Assembly (NCBI GenBank): GCA_973895155.1 | Contig: OZ316897.1 | Location: 3,442,211 to 3,506,210, forward strand | DNA from: Marsupella aquatica | Lineage: Eukaryota; Plantae; Marchantiophyta | Length of the DNA stretch: 64,000 nucleotides | Reading direction: 5' to 3' | Part shown: positions 45,186-56,593 of the stretch, in pieces | Position numbering within the stretch: the first letter of the stretch is position 1 | Layout of the letters: every line of letters starts with the position of its first letter | Notes under the pieces: generated by a model | Seen by the model: only the letters and a program-made list of their open reading frames with translations | Databases searched by the model: none | Told to the model about the DNA's origin: nothing | Program-made: the position numbers and the translations under genes

Positions 45186-46922
45186 CCGTATGCCTTAAAA
45201 CTAGTGGATGCTTTCATTCAATTCTGGCCGGGATCAGTTCTTGCTAAGTGCATGCTCTGTAACCGCATGGCCTTGCTTGCAAGACGACCAGTTTTTGCCT
45301 TTTTTCTTTTCCCTTGTTCCGGCCATTTTGCACTTTTGTTGGACTTTTGGTAAGTGCAAAGGGTCTGCACTAATCAACAAATATTTAAGTGCAAACCCTC
45401 TATAATTGGTATGTTCACTTCTAGGTAAGGGCATGGTTATGGGACAAGTGGGGGTTTAAGATTACCATTTTGCTAACCACTTAAACCTGTAGTCTTTCTA
45501 TTCCTTTGATATTGCGGGGAGAATTTTGCCCCCTACATCATGGAAATCAACAATTTTGCAAGTCTTTCCCGTTAAATTTTGCATGGAGATTTGACCCTAC
45601 GTGGTAATCAATAATTCTGTTGCAAAACTTGTTTTTTAGTCAAAGTTAACACAATCATTCTAGATGGAATTTGAGGCACGTTGAGGCAATTTGTGTCAAA
45701 GTTGTCATTAGAACACACAATTATGTCTATTTTTCTGGTGTTTTTTCAATAGGATTAAAAGGTCATATGATTATCGCCACTGAGGCTGATACTGGTCTCG
45801 AATCGCACTGTCCTTGGGATGCTCCTGAATTGAGCTAAAGTTGAGCTCACCTGCAGCATGAGGGGCACCGTTGTGTCATCCTACACTGATAGTAGAATGC
45901 TCAATTTCACTCGAAATCAAACACAGCATACAAGAAGATCTGTGAAGCAAAAAAAATTTAGTCAGTAAGAGAAATAAATCTTACTAATAATCACTTGAAA
46001 TCAAACACACCATACAAAATGATTTGTCTAAGGCAAAAAAAATCAAGTAAGGCAAAGAAATCTTACTGGTAGAGCGCAATGCACTTAAGGACTATTGTGT
46101 AGAGTGAAGAATCTAAACCATAACTCTCAATAAAAACAAAACAGAAAAACAAAGTAGACAAAAAACAAAGATGGGGTAAAAATGACCAAAAATGCTATGT
46201 AATCATTTTTATTGCACTACTCTTATTATCTTGGTTTGTATCTATGTTCTTATGTTCAAGGAGTTTCTGGGCGATAATCAAATCAGGGGTGGGGTGAAAA
46301 ATACTGATGGGGGCGCATGTGAAGAGAGTTGGTGGAGTAGGGGCCACATGTGAAGAGAGTTGACGGATTAGGGAGGCCGCCTGTGAAGGAGTCAGCTGAA
46401 GGTGGCTATGGTGAAATGCCCACCTCTTCTTCAATTACTAGCTGCTGTCATTGAGGGTCCACACTTTTCTACCCTCATCTCTATTCACATTCAAAGAACG
46501 GGTACTTGGGCTAGTAAACTAAATGACTCATTTTAAGTGCATAAAACGAAGTCATTGCACGAGATGAATTCAAGTTCACCTAGATGCGATGCAATTCCAG
46601 TGCATCAAGATCAAGCTTCAAGGTACAGCCATTTACTTTGCAACTCTCAAAATCTGCAGCGGTCAAAGTCAGACCAAAATTAAGGCAGAAAGACCTGGGC
46701 GGGAATGCAACGATGGAAGATGACTGTTCAGATCTGATCCAGTACCTTAACATCCTACGCAGTTTTTCTGGGACCATGGCAATTTGGATCTCATTGTCAA
46801 GCGTGTCCCGTCGATCGTACAACTAGTCGAAAAGGCGAGGTGAATCCGTGGCGATAGGAGCCAAAAAAGCCAGGAACTTACAAGGTGCTTCAGTACGAAA
46901 CCTGAGTACCCAGCCCAATCAA

Positions 46923-48436
46923 TCAGGCTTTGATTGGACTCGATACTGTCGGTGCCAGCAGCTCCAGCAATGTGGAAATATCGTCCAGCTTCTCCAATTC
47001 GAGCACGCTTTTCTCAATATCATCCCTCCTCTTGTCCTCGACCACCCCCTTCACAAGCTCCCTCCACTTACAGACAATCTCCTCATTACTAACTGGTGGA
47101 TCGATTCCTCGAGGCGCAAATACGTCCTCCACAAATTCTGTCCCATCATGAAATCTCACCGTCATCCTGGTGAGCCATTTCGTGTTCAAGTTCATGTCGA
47201 ACTCCGGGTTATGTCGCGGATGAACCTTCTTCATCAACGCCCGTAGGATCGGTCGATTTAATTTCTCTTCCGAGAACTGCGCCATCAGAACGACCCCGTC
47301 TACAAGCTGGACGGATGCAGCGTACTGGATGCTCATCTGCGCGCTGGTGGTCGTGAGGGGCTTGTCCTCACCGGCAATCCAGCCACCATGCTCGTACGCT
47401 GCTTTGGCGCACTCTACCTCGATTGCTGTAATCGAGTCAAGAGCTCTCATCTTGTCCGTGTGTTTCTTCTGCAAATTTGCAACGCAATCGATCGTTCCGT
47501 GCAAGGCAGCCATAGAAGCATGCAATTTGACCCGTATCCCTTCGAGTTCCCACCTCATGCCGAGGTCTTTTGCAATCTCTTCCGGGAGGGGAGGGCCCTC
47601 ATCACTACCCTGGCCGAAACATGATAGGAATCCTCCATAACGTGTCTCGAAGACTTCGTGAATTCCAGTGTATCACCTCGGGCCATCAGGGCTGCGAAGA
47701 GACCATTCCGTGCTGCGAATCCGTGCTGCATTCTTTTTGCCATGGATCCAAACTGAGCGGACATGAGCCCGCCCGCCTGCGTGCAGGCGATGCCGAGGGC
47801 ATCCTCGATTTTGTTTGGTGGCAGGTTGAGGAAGCTGCTGACGGCCGCTGCGGCAGCTGAGGGGCCTTGGATGGCACCGCTGTGCCATCCTCGGGAGAGG
47901 AGGTCTGCGCCATGCAGGGCAAGACCGACTCGGGGTCCCATTTCGCAACCGATGATGTACGAGAGTAGGAGATCTTTCCCTCTGGCAAGATGATTTGGCG
48001 ATATGGTACTAGAAGCGGCTGAGAAGAGAGCTGGGAGGAGAATAGAGTTTGAGTGTACGGGAGCAATTGAGTGGTAGTCATCGAGTTCAAAGCCTTGGAT
48101 GAAGGTACTGTTGAGGAGTGACGCGCTAAGAGGTGGAAGCCTTTTGCCGCCCCATCCGATAATTGTGCAGGCTCCTTCAGGCTCCATGTTGAAGATTGCC
48201 TTTGCGGCGACCTCGGACCACGGCAGATGGGAGGCGATAATTCCACACGCGATGCCATCGAGGATGAGATACTTTGCTCTCACCTGAATTTTTTCTGGGA
48301 TGTCTGAAAGAGTTGTGGAATGGATCCAGTTACAGAGCTTGCCTGTCACGCCTGCGGCATTGCTTGGCGAGCTGCCTGGTAAAGCTTGGGAGCTCGTGTG
48401 CATAAATTCGTCATCAGTCGCAGCGCCAGAATCCAT
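46923..48436 (-). pseudogene. Fungal-type cis-aconitate decarboxylase-like gene (CadA/ACOD1-IRG1, MmgE/PrpD family), ~504 aa if the single 1-nt frameshift at ~47674 is corrected
   Basis: ORFs 47555-48511 and 46923-47558 join by restoring one G in CGA GGT G[G]A TAC ACT GGA ATT, giving ARGGYTGIHEVFETRYGGFLSCFGQG. Motifs RAKYLILDGIAC, PWSE, FIQGFELDDYHSIAPVHS, GWHSG, EDALGIACTQAGGLMSAQF, KRMQHGFAARNG, QMSIQY, VQLVD and LLELL..PV.SP closely follow Aspergillus terreus CadA as recalled. No introns. Probable start MDSGAATDD at 48436. Confidence 0.88.
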
Positions 48437-48634
48437 TCTTGTAAGAGCAAATTTAACGACTCTCGACTTCCTAAGTTGTGGAATGGATCCGTTACAGAGC
48501 TTGCCTGTCACGCCTGCGGCATCCCTTGCGAGCTGCCTGGTAAAACTTGGGAGCTCGTGTGCATGAATTCTTCATCAGTCGCAGCGCCAGAATCCATTCT
48601 TGTAAGAGCAAATTTAACGACTCTCGACTTCCTA
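48311..48634 (-). repeat. Tandem duplication (163 + 161 bp) of the leader and first ~42 codons of the CAD-like gene
   Basis: Copies at 48311-48473 and 48474-48634. The distal copy has two 1-nt deletions and several substitutions. Confidence 0.92.
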
Positions 48635-48793
48635 TGGCAGAGCTTTACACTACGACAATGCAGTTCGAGATCATCGGCTTGTTACCTTATTATTGTGTTG
48701 AGACAGATGGAAAACTTCTCGGCGTGCAAACAGAGTGTAGAACAATCTAGTGTACACTAGCTCGATGCACGATGACCCGTTCCTTGAACGTAA

Positions 48794-48875
48794 ATAGATA
48801 TTAATCTTGCACAATGTACATTCAGCAAAAGACTATAGATATTAATCTTGCACAATGTACATTCAGCAAAAGACT
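48794..48875. repeat. Perfect 41-bp tandem duplication in the CAD-like upstream region
   Basis: ATAGATATTAATCTTGCACAATGTACATTCAGCAAAAGACT x2. Confidence 0.9.
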
Positions 48876-50417
48876 TGATGGAGGGTGTTCGGCCCGATGT
48901 AGCGCTCCGTAGTTCACGGAGGGAGGACGGAGGGGAGAGTGAGAGTTGACCCGTTCCCTTAGCTTTTTCTTCAGGGGAGGGAGTGAGTGAATGCTGGGGA
49001 CCTTTTACCCATCTGACAGGAAGCCAGACCGTTCGCGATAATTTTTTCAAAATTCTCTGGCCTTTATCGCCAGAATTAGGTCCTGAGTGCCCCTAACCGC
49101 TCCTTTGGGATTACCCGGGCATTTTGTCTTACATTAACAGCTATCTGAGAGTAAGTAGGGTAATCCGGAAAATTACACACCCTGCGACTCGCAGCAGTGC
49201 AACGTTCAGTAAACCCCGCATACTACAAACTCAACGTTTTACTAAGGTTTTTGGCCCTGTTTGAATGGATGTTGCGTTTTCGATCTGCAAACCTCAGGTT
49301 CTGTCAGTCACAAAACTGAGACGCTGATCGTCTACCCAGTAATCCATCGCTATTCGACCTGCAAGTTCGTCCAGGGGCTCTATCTGGATTTGCCTCGGCC
49401 TGCCGGTGGGATTCCTAATGCATATTACATAGGCGATTCTTGGCATGTGCGGTTGAGGCTGAGCTTCCGGGATTGATTCCTCTCACTCAACACTGCGTTT
49501 TTTGGGCCTCCGGCGGTACCTATTGCTTCTGCAGACGTTGAAACAACAAGCTGATTACAATTTCGACTCTGCCACCCCACCATCGCGCCGTCAACGGGAG
49601 TCTTCCACCCCCGTTTTACCCACTCTCGTCGGGCATGGCCAGCGTCAGATCCAACAAAAACACGGGTTCAGTTTCTGGCCGATCAACGGCCTCCACACCG
49701 AATGTAGGGACCTCTGCGCAATCCGGCAGCCAGCGGCGTAGGGGAACGGAAAGCTTGGATTTGGCTCCCACGGTGGACACCACAGTAATCCACTGCATTC
49801 CACAGGAGATCTTGCAATCCGGGAACCGACGGATTTTTGGCAACAAGGTGGTGCTTGGTTTCGAATCTGAATTTGATTCCAGTCAAGCTAGGGACTGGAT
49901 TGCGGCTTACAACCAGGAGAACGTGACAAAATTGGCGCTGCACGATGAATTCCCCCATGCGCTCTTTGTGGTGCAATTTGATAACAATTTGGGAGATGGC
50001 ATCAAGGACCAGCTCCTAAAAGCATCACCTCTCAAGGCCCTGGATCGATTGGCTTCTGTCAACGACTACACTCCCACTTTCGACCCCTGTAACCAAGCAA
50101 ATTTCAAACACCTCGTCACCCTTTACATCAAGCAAGGAAGCCCTGAGATATACGAATACATTCGTTTTGTGGCAGCGCTGGTGGGAACTTTTATCCGGGC
50201 GAAACTGGCACCTGGTACTGAAAGGCACCACTTTTCAGTGATTGTGGAATCCACTTTGAAGGTGTTCCCGGCCCAAGGTAAATTCCAACTCAGTGGCCCT
50301 GGCGTCACTACTATTCATTTTGACTACATTGGCCGAAATTTTCGTTGCTGCTATTGCTTCTCCTATCGGCACCTTGCATCCAGCTGCACGCAGAAGAGAC
50401 CCCCTCTCCTGGCAAAT

Positions 50418-53148
50418 TGTCACCTGCTTATCAAACGATTTACATGACAAATACATATTTACTCATACTAAAATTGTTTGTTATCGTATGACGGGAACGT
50501 GGAGGGACGCTATTAGAATTCTATTGCATTTAGGATGAGTATGTTTATTTACGCTCCCGGAAATGTAGTTTTTGATCAAGTCTACCAACTAGCCGCTCTG
50601 CTTTTGATCAAGTCCCATGGACACACACACTCCTACTGGTCGTTGGTGGAGTGCTGTCACCACCCCTCCTACTCACATGGTTGACCAAACCGTGCAAGGA
50701 TTCCTTAGACATTTCTTGGGGAAAGAACACAATTTTGAACCAGAAAAGATAACGCCACACCAAAACTTGAGGAATCAAACCAAATCCATATCTTTTGGCA
50801 AAACGTCGTAACACATTGCAAGGACAACCCGGCCTACTGCCGTCTGCCCAACTACTGCCTCACTGGGGCAAGTGCTACACCTCTACCTCATTACTCTGGC
50901 TTGATTCCCTCTTCTGGCTATGAGCTAACTTCCCTAAGCAAACACTAGACTGAGTTCCCCCCCTCAGTACTCCGGGGCTCTCCCCCTAAATACTGAAAAA
51001 AACACACCAAAGCACCCCTCACGGGATCACCATGGTGGCGGCCACCCTAGCGGCGCCGCTAAAACCATGCATAAACTTTCACACAAGAAAATCCCTAATC
51101 CTAAAGCATGCGGCACACACATGCTCCTAAAACCCTAATCTAACAATGGGACCGACGATGCCTTCGACGGTGCCCCAACATCACTTCGTGAACCGCGAAA
51201 ATGCAAGTGACCCCATAATTGCCGAAACTAGGTGCCACTCCGATTGCACCTCTGAGCTCACCCCTGGGTAGCCCTACTCCCCATGATCATGAATCACAAA
51301 ACCGCTCTCGAAACGGACGCCAAACGACCAAGTTATGGCCGTTTCAGTATCACTTACTTACCAACTTCGTCGGGCCCTAACTTACTCATCCTGGCTCCGT
51401 TTGAGGAGCGCCGCCTCTTGTTGGAATCAGCTTCGCGAGCTCTTTCCAACAAGCCCGTGAGTGCACCCTTCCAAAAAGTTTCAAAATCCAGAGGTCGTAC
51501 GACAGGTCCGTATGGCTACCCTAGTCCTCCTCTTCACTCACGGTGCCATGGCTTGAGCCCCGTGAGTTGGTCTCCTCATCAATCCTCCTCCTCATTCACG
51601 GTGCCTTGACTTGAGCCCCGTGAGTTGGTCTCCTCATCAATCCTCCTCCTCACTCACGGTGCCTTGGCTTGAGCCCCGTGAGTTGGTCTCCTCATCAGTC
51701 CTCCTCCTCCTCACTCACGGTGCCCTGACTTGAGCCCCGTGAGTTGGTCTCCTCATCAGTCCTCCTCCTCCTCACTCACGGTGCCCTGACTTGATCCCCG
51801 TGAGTTGGTCTCCTCATCAGTCCTCCTCCTCCTCACTCACGGTGCCTTGGCTTGAGCCCCGATCCTCCTGTTCGCCACCACCGGTTCGTTGTAAAAGGAG
51901 GGGGCCCCTATAATTGTCGAAACTACAATTTTCTCAGAATTCATTTCTGAAAACATATCTGAGGAGCCCTCCTCTTCCTGATCATGGCTCCATAAATGGT
52001 GCACAAAACGGAGGTCAAACGGCCAAGATATAATCGTTTAAGTTTTTACGGGGCACCGTCTCCTTTAGTTTCGTCCGTACAACACGTTTCCCCCGGCTTT
52101 GCAAAACACGGATCACGGTTCCCCGTATGTGCTACTACCTCCTCCTTCCCTTGCAAAGCCGGGACCTCCTTCCGTACGGACGTCCATACGGCCTCAAAAC
52201 CCTCGTATTATCAAAAAACGCAATTTGTCGTATCTCCCCCGTCTTAGCTCCGTTTCGGCGCCGTGACACATCGTTGGATTCAGCTTGGCGAGCTCTTTCC
52301 AACAAGCCCATAGACTTCTGATTTTGAGATGGTCGAAAATTTGATGTTTGTACAACTAGGGTCCGTACACACGTTCAAAGCAAGCACAAGAGGGAAAGGG
52401 TTTAGGATTTAGGGTTTAGGTATGGGTGGAAACCCCACAAGTGAGAATAGAGAAAGAAGGGAAGGAAGAAAGTGTGAGGGCCCCTTCTACGGATGTGTTC
52501 TTCTACAGAGTGCCCCTCTACGGAATGGGGAAGGGAAAGAGAACAAAAACCATGTGAGGACCACACAAAGGTTGAAGGGGAACACAAGTGTGAGAACCCC
52601 TTCCTTCTAAGGGCCCTCCCACCATCACTACTCCAAGATTGCCTAGTTTGTTGTTTTATGGGCGTTGAGGTCCCTCAAGATGTCACTGTCTGATATAGAC
52701 CTAAAATCAACTAGAGAACCTCAGTTTCGCATGGGGCTCATTGAGGGCTTCAAAATGAATCCAAACATGACCATGTTTGGAATAGTACTAGCGTAGCAAC
52801 GTTTGTTTTAAGTTTTAACGTTTTCTATATTTTGGTCATTCTTCCCGTTTTGCGCCTTATGTGGAGCCTCCGACCAGCCCCCACCCCTCCAAGATGCTCA
52901 CACCTTGGCTCCAAGTCCTTGGGCTGCCTTGTGGCCTCCTTGTACCCCCTCAATGGTTCCCTTGTCATACATCACCGCCCGACACCCCTCTCAACTCCGG
53001 CCTCCGGTTGTTGCATCCATTTATTAGAACTAACAAAAATAAAAAATTTAAAAATCCAAACACTTTTACTACACCTACTTGTCTTTCTACTTATATACGC
53101 AATTATAAGTCATCACTAAGTTACTACCGGGTTTGGGGCCCTGTCACA
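50418..53148. mobile_element. Large solo LTR (2731 bp), probably Ty3/Gypsy
   Basis: TGTCAC...GTCACA termini with a perfect 5-bp TSD CAAAT (50413-50417, 53149-53153). No coding domains. Superfamily inferred from size and termini only. Confidence 0.85.
51535..51862. repeat. 58-61-bp minisatellite (~5.5 copies) inside the solo LTR
   Basis: CACTCACGGTGCCYTGRCTTGAGCCCCGTGAGTTGGTCTCCTCATCARTCCTCCTCCT unit, with length varying by one CCT triplet. Confidence 0.92.
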
Positions 53149-53222
53149 CAAATCAAGACATCTCCCTCAACGCCTCGGGAGGGGCAAAACGACTCTGGAC
53201 CAACACTGTGAAGAAACAACGT

Positions 53223-55536
53223 TGTCATCGGGATGAATGATAGACGAAGGGAAGTGAAGGCCCTATTTTTGAGTTGGAGGTATTTGGTGAAGGGATTCAG
53301 TTTGGGTGAGAGTTTTGTTGTTGTGGAAAAAGTTCAATAAGACAGAATAGGAATTAAAAAGAGAGAAGTGAAGCTTAGACTTAAGGAATTTGAGGCTTTT
53401 ATTGTGGAAGAGACACGTGGCGGGCTGGGAAGATTCGAATTTCATAAGGACATTGTGCACGTTGCAGTTGAGAGGGAGGTTAGAGTGATGTTCGGAGGCA
53501 GATCGAAGAAGTGTGGTGCGCGCTAGAGTGCTCGTGGTGTTTTGGTGAGATTCAGCCGAGGATGATGGTCGTTGCAATGTGGAGGTTTTGGAGTTTTTAG
53601 GTGAAGACTGAGGCGAGCGATTGAAATTAGAGTGAAGCTACGGATGGTGATTGCTGTGAGATAAGGTCTTTTTTTTGGAAGATTGAGTTTTCAGGAAAGA
53701 AAGAACTTCAGCGAAAGGAGGACAGGGATTTTGGAGGCGAAAGGTGATTGTTGGTGTAGTGTGGCGATGTTACGGAGCTTTTGATTTTCCACGAAAGAGA
53801 GCTATTATTGAATGTGTGGAGCTTCTGGGTAAAGGACACGCACAGCCAGTGTGGTTTGGTGCTTGAAGTTGTTGTCGGTGCAGGCAATTCGGAATCCAGT
53901 GGAGTGAGAAGAAGAAGTGGAGATGACAGAGTGATTGCGGGATAGCGTTGTGGGTAGTTATGGAGATTCAGAAAAAAAACACAGGGAGAAAACAGTCGAT
54001 GGTGATTATGACTAATGGACTTTTTGAGTGAAGCAACGAGAGAGGAGAGACGCTAAGGTCGAAAGGGGGGTTCTAGTGACAACGTGGCTGTTAAAAGAGA
54101 TTGTGAGGAGCTCGATTTCAGGAGGCTATGGTGAAAAGGGATTTCAGAGGAGCGCTTGAAGAGGCATTCAGATATGAAAAGGGGAACTTGAATCGAAAGC
54201 AAACGGGAGTTCCAGGGAAAGAGGCGCGTCGTGTGTGCTCCGAATTGAAGGAAGAAGGTGGATGGAGAGCTCGGGCTGAGGGGTGAATTTGTTGATGTTA
54301 TTACGGGAGAAGTTTGAAAGTATTTATTAAACATGCGGAAATGAACGGCTGATGAGGAGCGAAAGAGACTGAAAGTTTTAGGAAGCGAATAGAGTCGTTC
54401 AGGAGACAGTTACAGGAATGAATTATTGAAGTTCACAAGAAATTGATTGAACGGAGTAGGAGTTATTGAGAGAGAGGATGAACTCTAAGAGCAATGCTGA
54501 TCGTGAATGTTGCGGATAGAAATGGGATGACAAGGAGTGAAGAGAGACAAAATAAGTTATAGGGAATGCTGCGCACGAGATAGAGTGTGTGAATGGTATT
54601 TTCCTTCGAGAAAAAGAGGTTCGAGTGGAGGTGTGCTCTGCGACATCAGTTTGAGAGCAACGAGCAGTGATCGAAGGTGCTTGAAAGAGAAACTATTGAC
54701 TACAGCAAGAAGTAACACACAGAGCTTCGCGGAATGGCATGCTTACTAAAATTGGAACTACCGGAGATGGAAGAGATCGAGACTGTCAAGGGAGGAAATT
54801 TCACTTGAAGGAAAAGTAAAAAAATAAAAATAAAAATGAAGCATCTTAAAACAGTTTTGAGGACCAGCGAGACCGAGTGATTCAAAAGTGCTCATGTTTG
54901 GAACGGAATTTGAGAACAGATAGGAGGGGTAGAGACAGGAGAAATGAAGAAGAAAAGTGAAGACGAAAGGGAAGCTTGTCGGAGAATGAGGCTTTGTAAC
55001 AAGTGTCTAGGAGAAACAATTGACGACTGACCTGATGAACTGAGACTGACCTGAGCTGAATTGACGCCGAAAAACTAGAGTTTGAGACAACCAAAAGGCA
55101 ATGTAACTTCAATCCTGAAAAAGAAATAAATGAGTGGCTTTACAAAAGAAAAATTGATTGTAACTCTTGAATTTATAAATGAAATGGATGTTGATTCAAG
55201 GTGAATGGATGAAAAGAAGTTATATAAATGATTTTCATTCGAACTAAGCTTAAGAAAAGTTTGAGTATTAGACTTTAAAACAAAGACTGAACTTAACAAT
55301 ACTTTTGAAACTATTGGTTAAAATTAGGGTAAAAACAAACTGAAAGTTAAAGATTCTTAAAAGAATTCATGTTTGGTCTTTTAAAATGTTTAAATGTTAG
55401 AACCTTAGTTGAAACTAGCGAATGAGATTTGATGGAAGATAGAGTGCTTAGAAAGTGATATAAACTTAAGTTCAAATAAGTCCCTAAGATATTACTAAAA
55501 CTAGTTTTCAGACCGCTTCAAACGGTTTCCCGGACA
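53223..55536. mobile_element. Second large solo LTR (2314 bp), different family
   Basis: TGTCATCGGGA...TCCCGGACA imperfect inverted termini flanked by ACGT (53219-53222, 55537-55540). Purine-rich and non-coding. The LINE ORF1 frame resumes exactly after it. Confidence 0.8.
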
Positions 55537-56593
55537 ACGTCTGGATACCGAGGCTTTTCAACAATACCAAGCGAAAGCCCGTCGTGCAAAAGAGGTAGCT
55601 GACTATTGGCAGGAGCAAGCTGAAGAACAACAACAACGAGAAGTGGAGGAGCTACAACATTTAGCCCGACGAGCGGAGGATTTAGCTGTGATACCAGCTG
55701 TGAAAGGGGTATTACGGACATCATTTTCATCACACGGAGACACCTCCAAATCACTCAGCACCAAACAAAATTGGAGGCGACAACCATCGCACTCAGGGCA
55801 AGGATTGAGTCAGGCGCAGGCACTCCCCCTGTCTGGTGCAACTCCAGGACAACACATTACCCTGGAGTGTCACACCAGGCCACAAACGAGCAAAGGACAG
55901 GAGGAAAATGGTGCTAATGCTCTGAATGTCACTGCTGTGTATCCCATGGGAAGCCACAAATCCGCAGCACAAAACTACAATCCACGTCGGCCTCTGAAGA
56001 AGGTTTGGACTCCTAAACCTCCGTGTGCGGTGCCATCCCTCGGCAGCCCAGTGGAAGTGCTGGATACTCCCTCTCAGGATGTAACCCCCACCGATCCAGC
56101 AACACCAATTGCCCTGCCCTCCTGTTCCCCTGTTTTTGGGACGTCCAAAGAAAACGTCACCATTCGCAAACGTCCCAAGCCTAAAACATCATCGGACACA
56201 GAAACTGACCCCATTGCTACGGTGCCTTGTGCGGATTTGTTCCACCCGACAGTGGCCAACACGTCCCAAGACACGCTCCCTCCAGAGGTCGCATCACAAA
56301 GATACATAGCACCCCGCCATGTCTCAGCTGAATTTGATGACTTACAACCTCAGGGGGCTGGCATCAAGGAGGCGATGTCTCCGAGCTCGATCCAATTTGG
56401 AGGGGCTCCAATGCAGACCTGATGTCTTGTATATCCAGGAACACAAACTCAGGGAGCATAGGGTTCAGAGGATTCAACAAGAGGTCTGGCCTGCTGCACA
56501 CTGGGTTTATGCCCCTGCATTGGATGAAGCGCATGCCACCAGGAATCAAAATGTTGTGGCTGGGGTGGGCGGACTGGCAATTGGGATCCACAA

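Larger units (their letters stand above)
49635..56422 (+). pseudogene. LINE ORF1 (gag-like, CCHC), split into three pieces
   Basis: 49635-50417 + 53154-53222 + 55541-56422 join in frame (261+23+294 codons) after removing the two solo LTRs and one TSD copy of each. The result is a stop-free 577-aa protein. Confidence 0.85.

Noticed and set aside
47555-48511. The listed 318-aa ORF (GTG start at 48511) and the 211-aa ORF as two separate genes
   Set aside because: They are halves of one CadA-like gene split by a frameshift. The extra N-terminal residues come from the tandem duplication.
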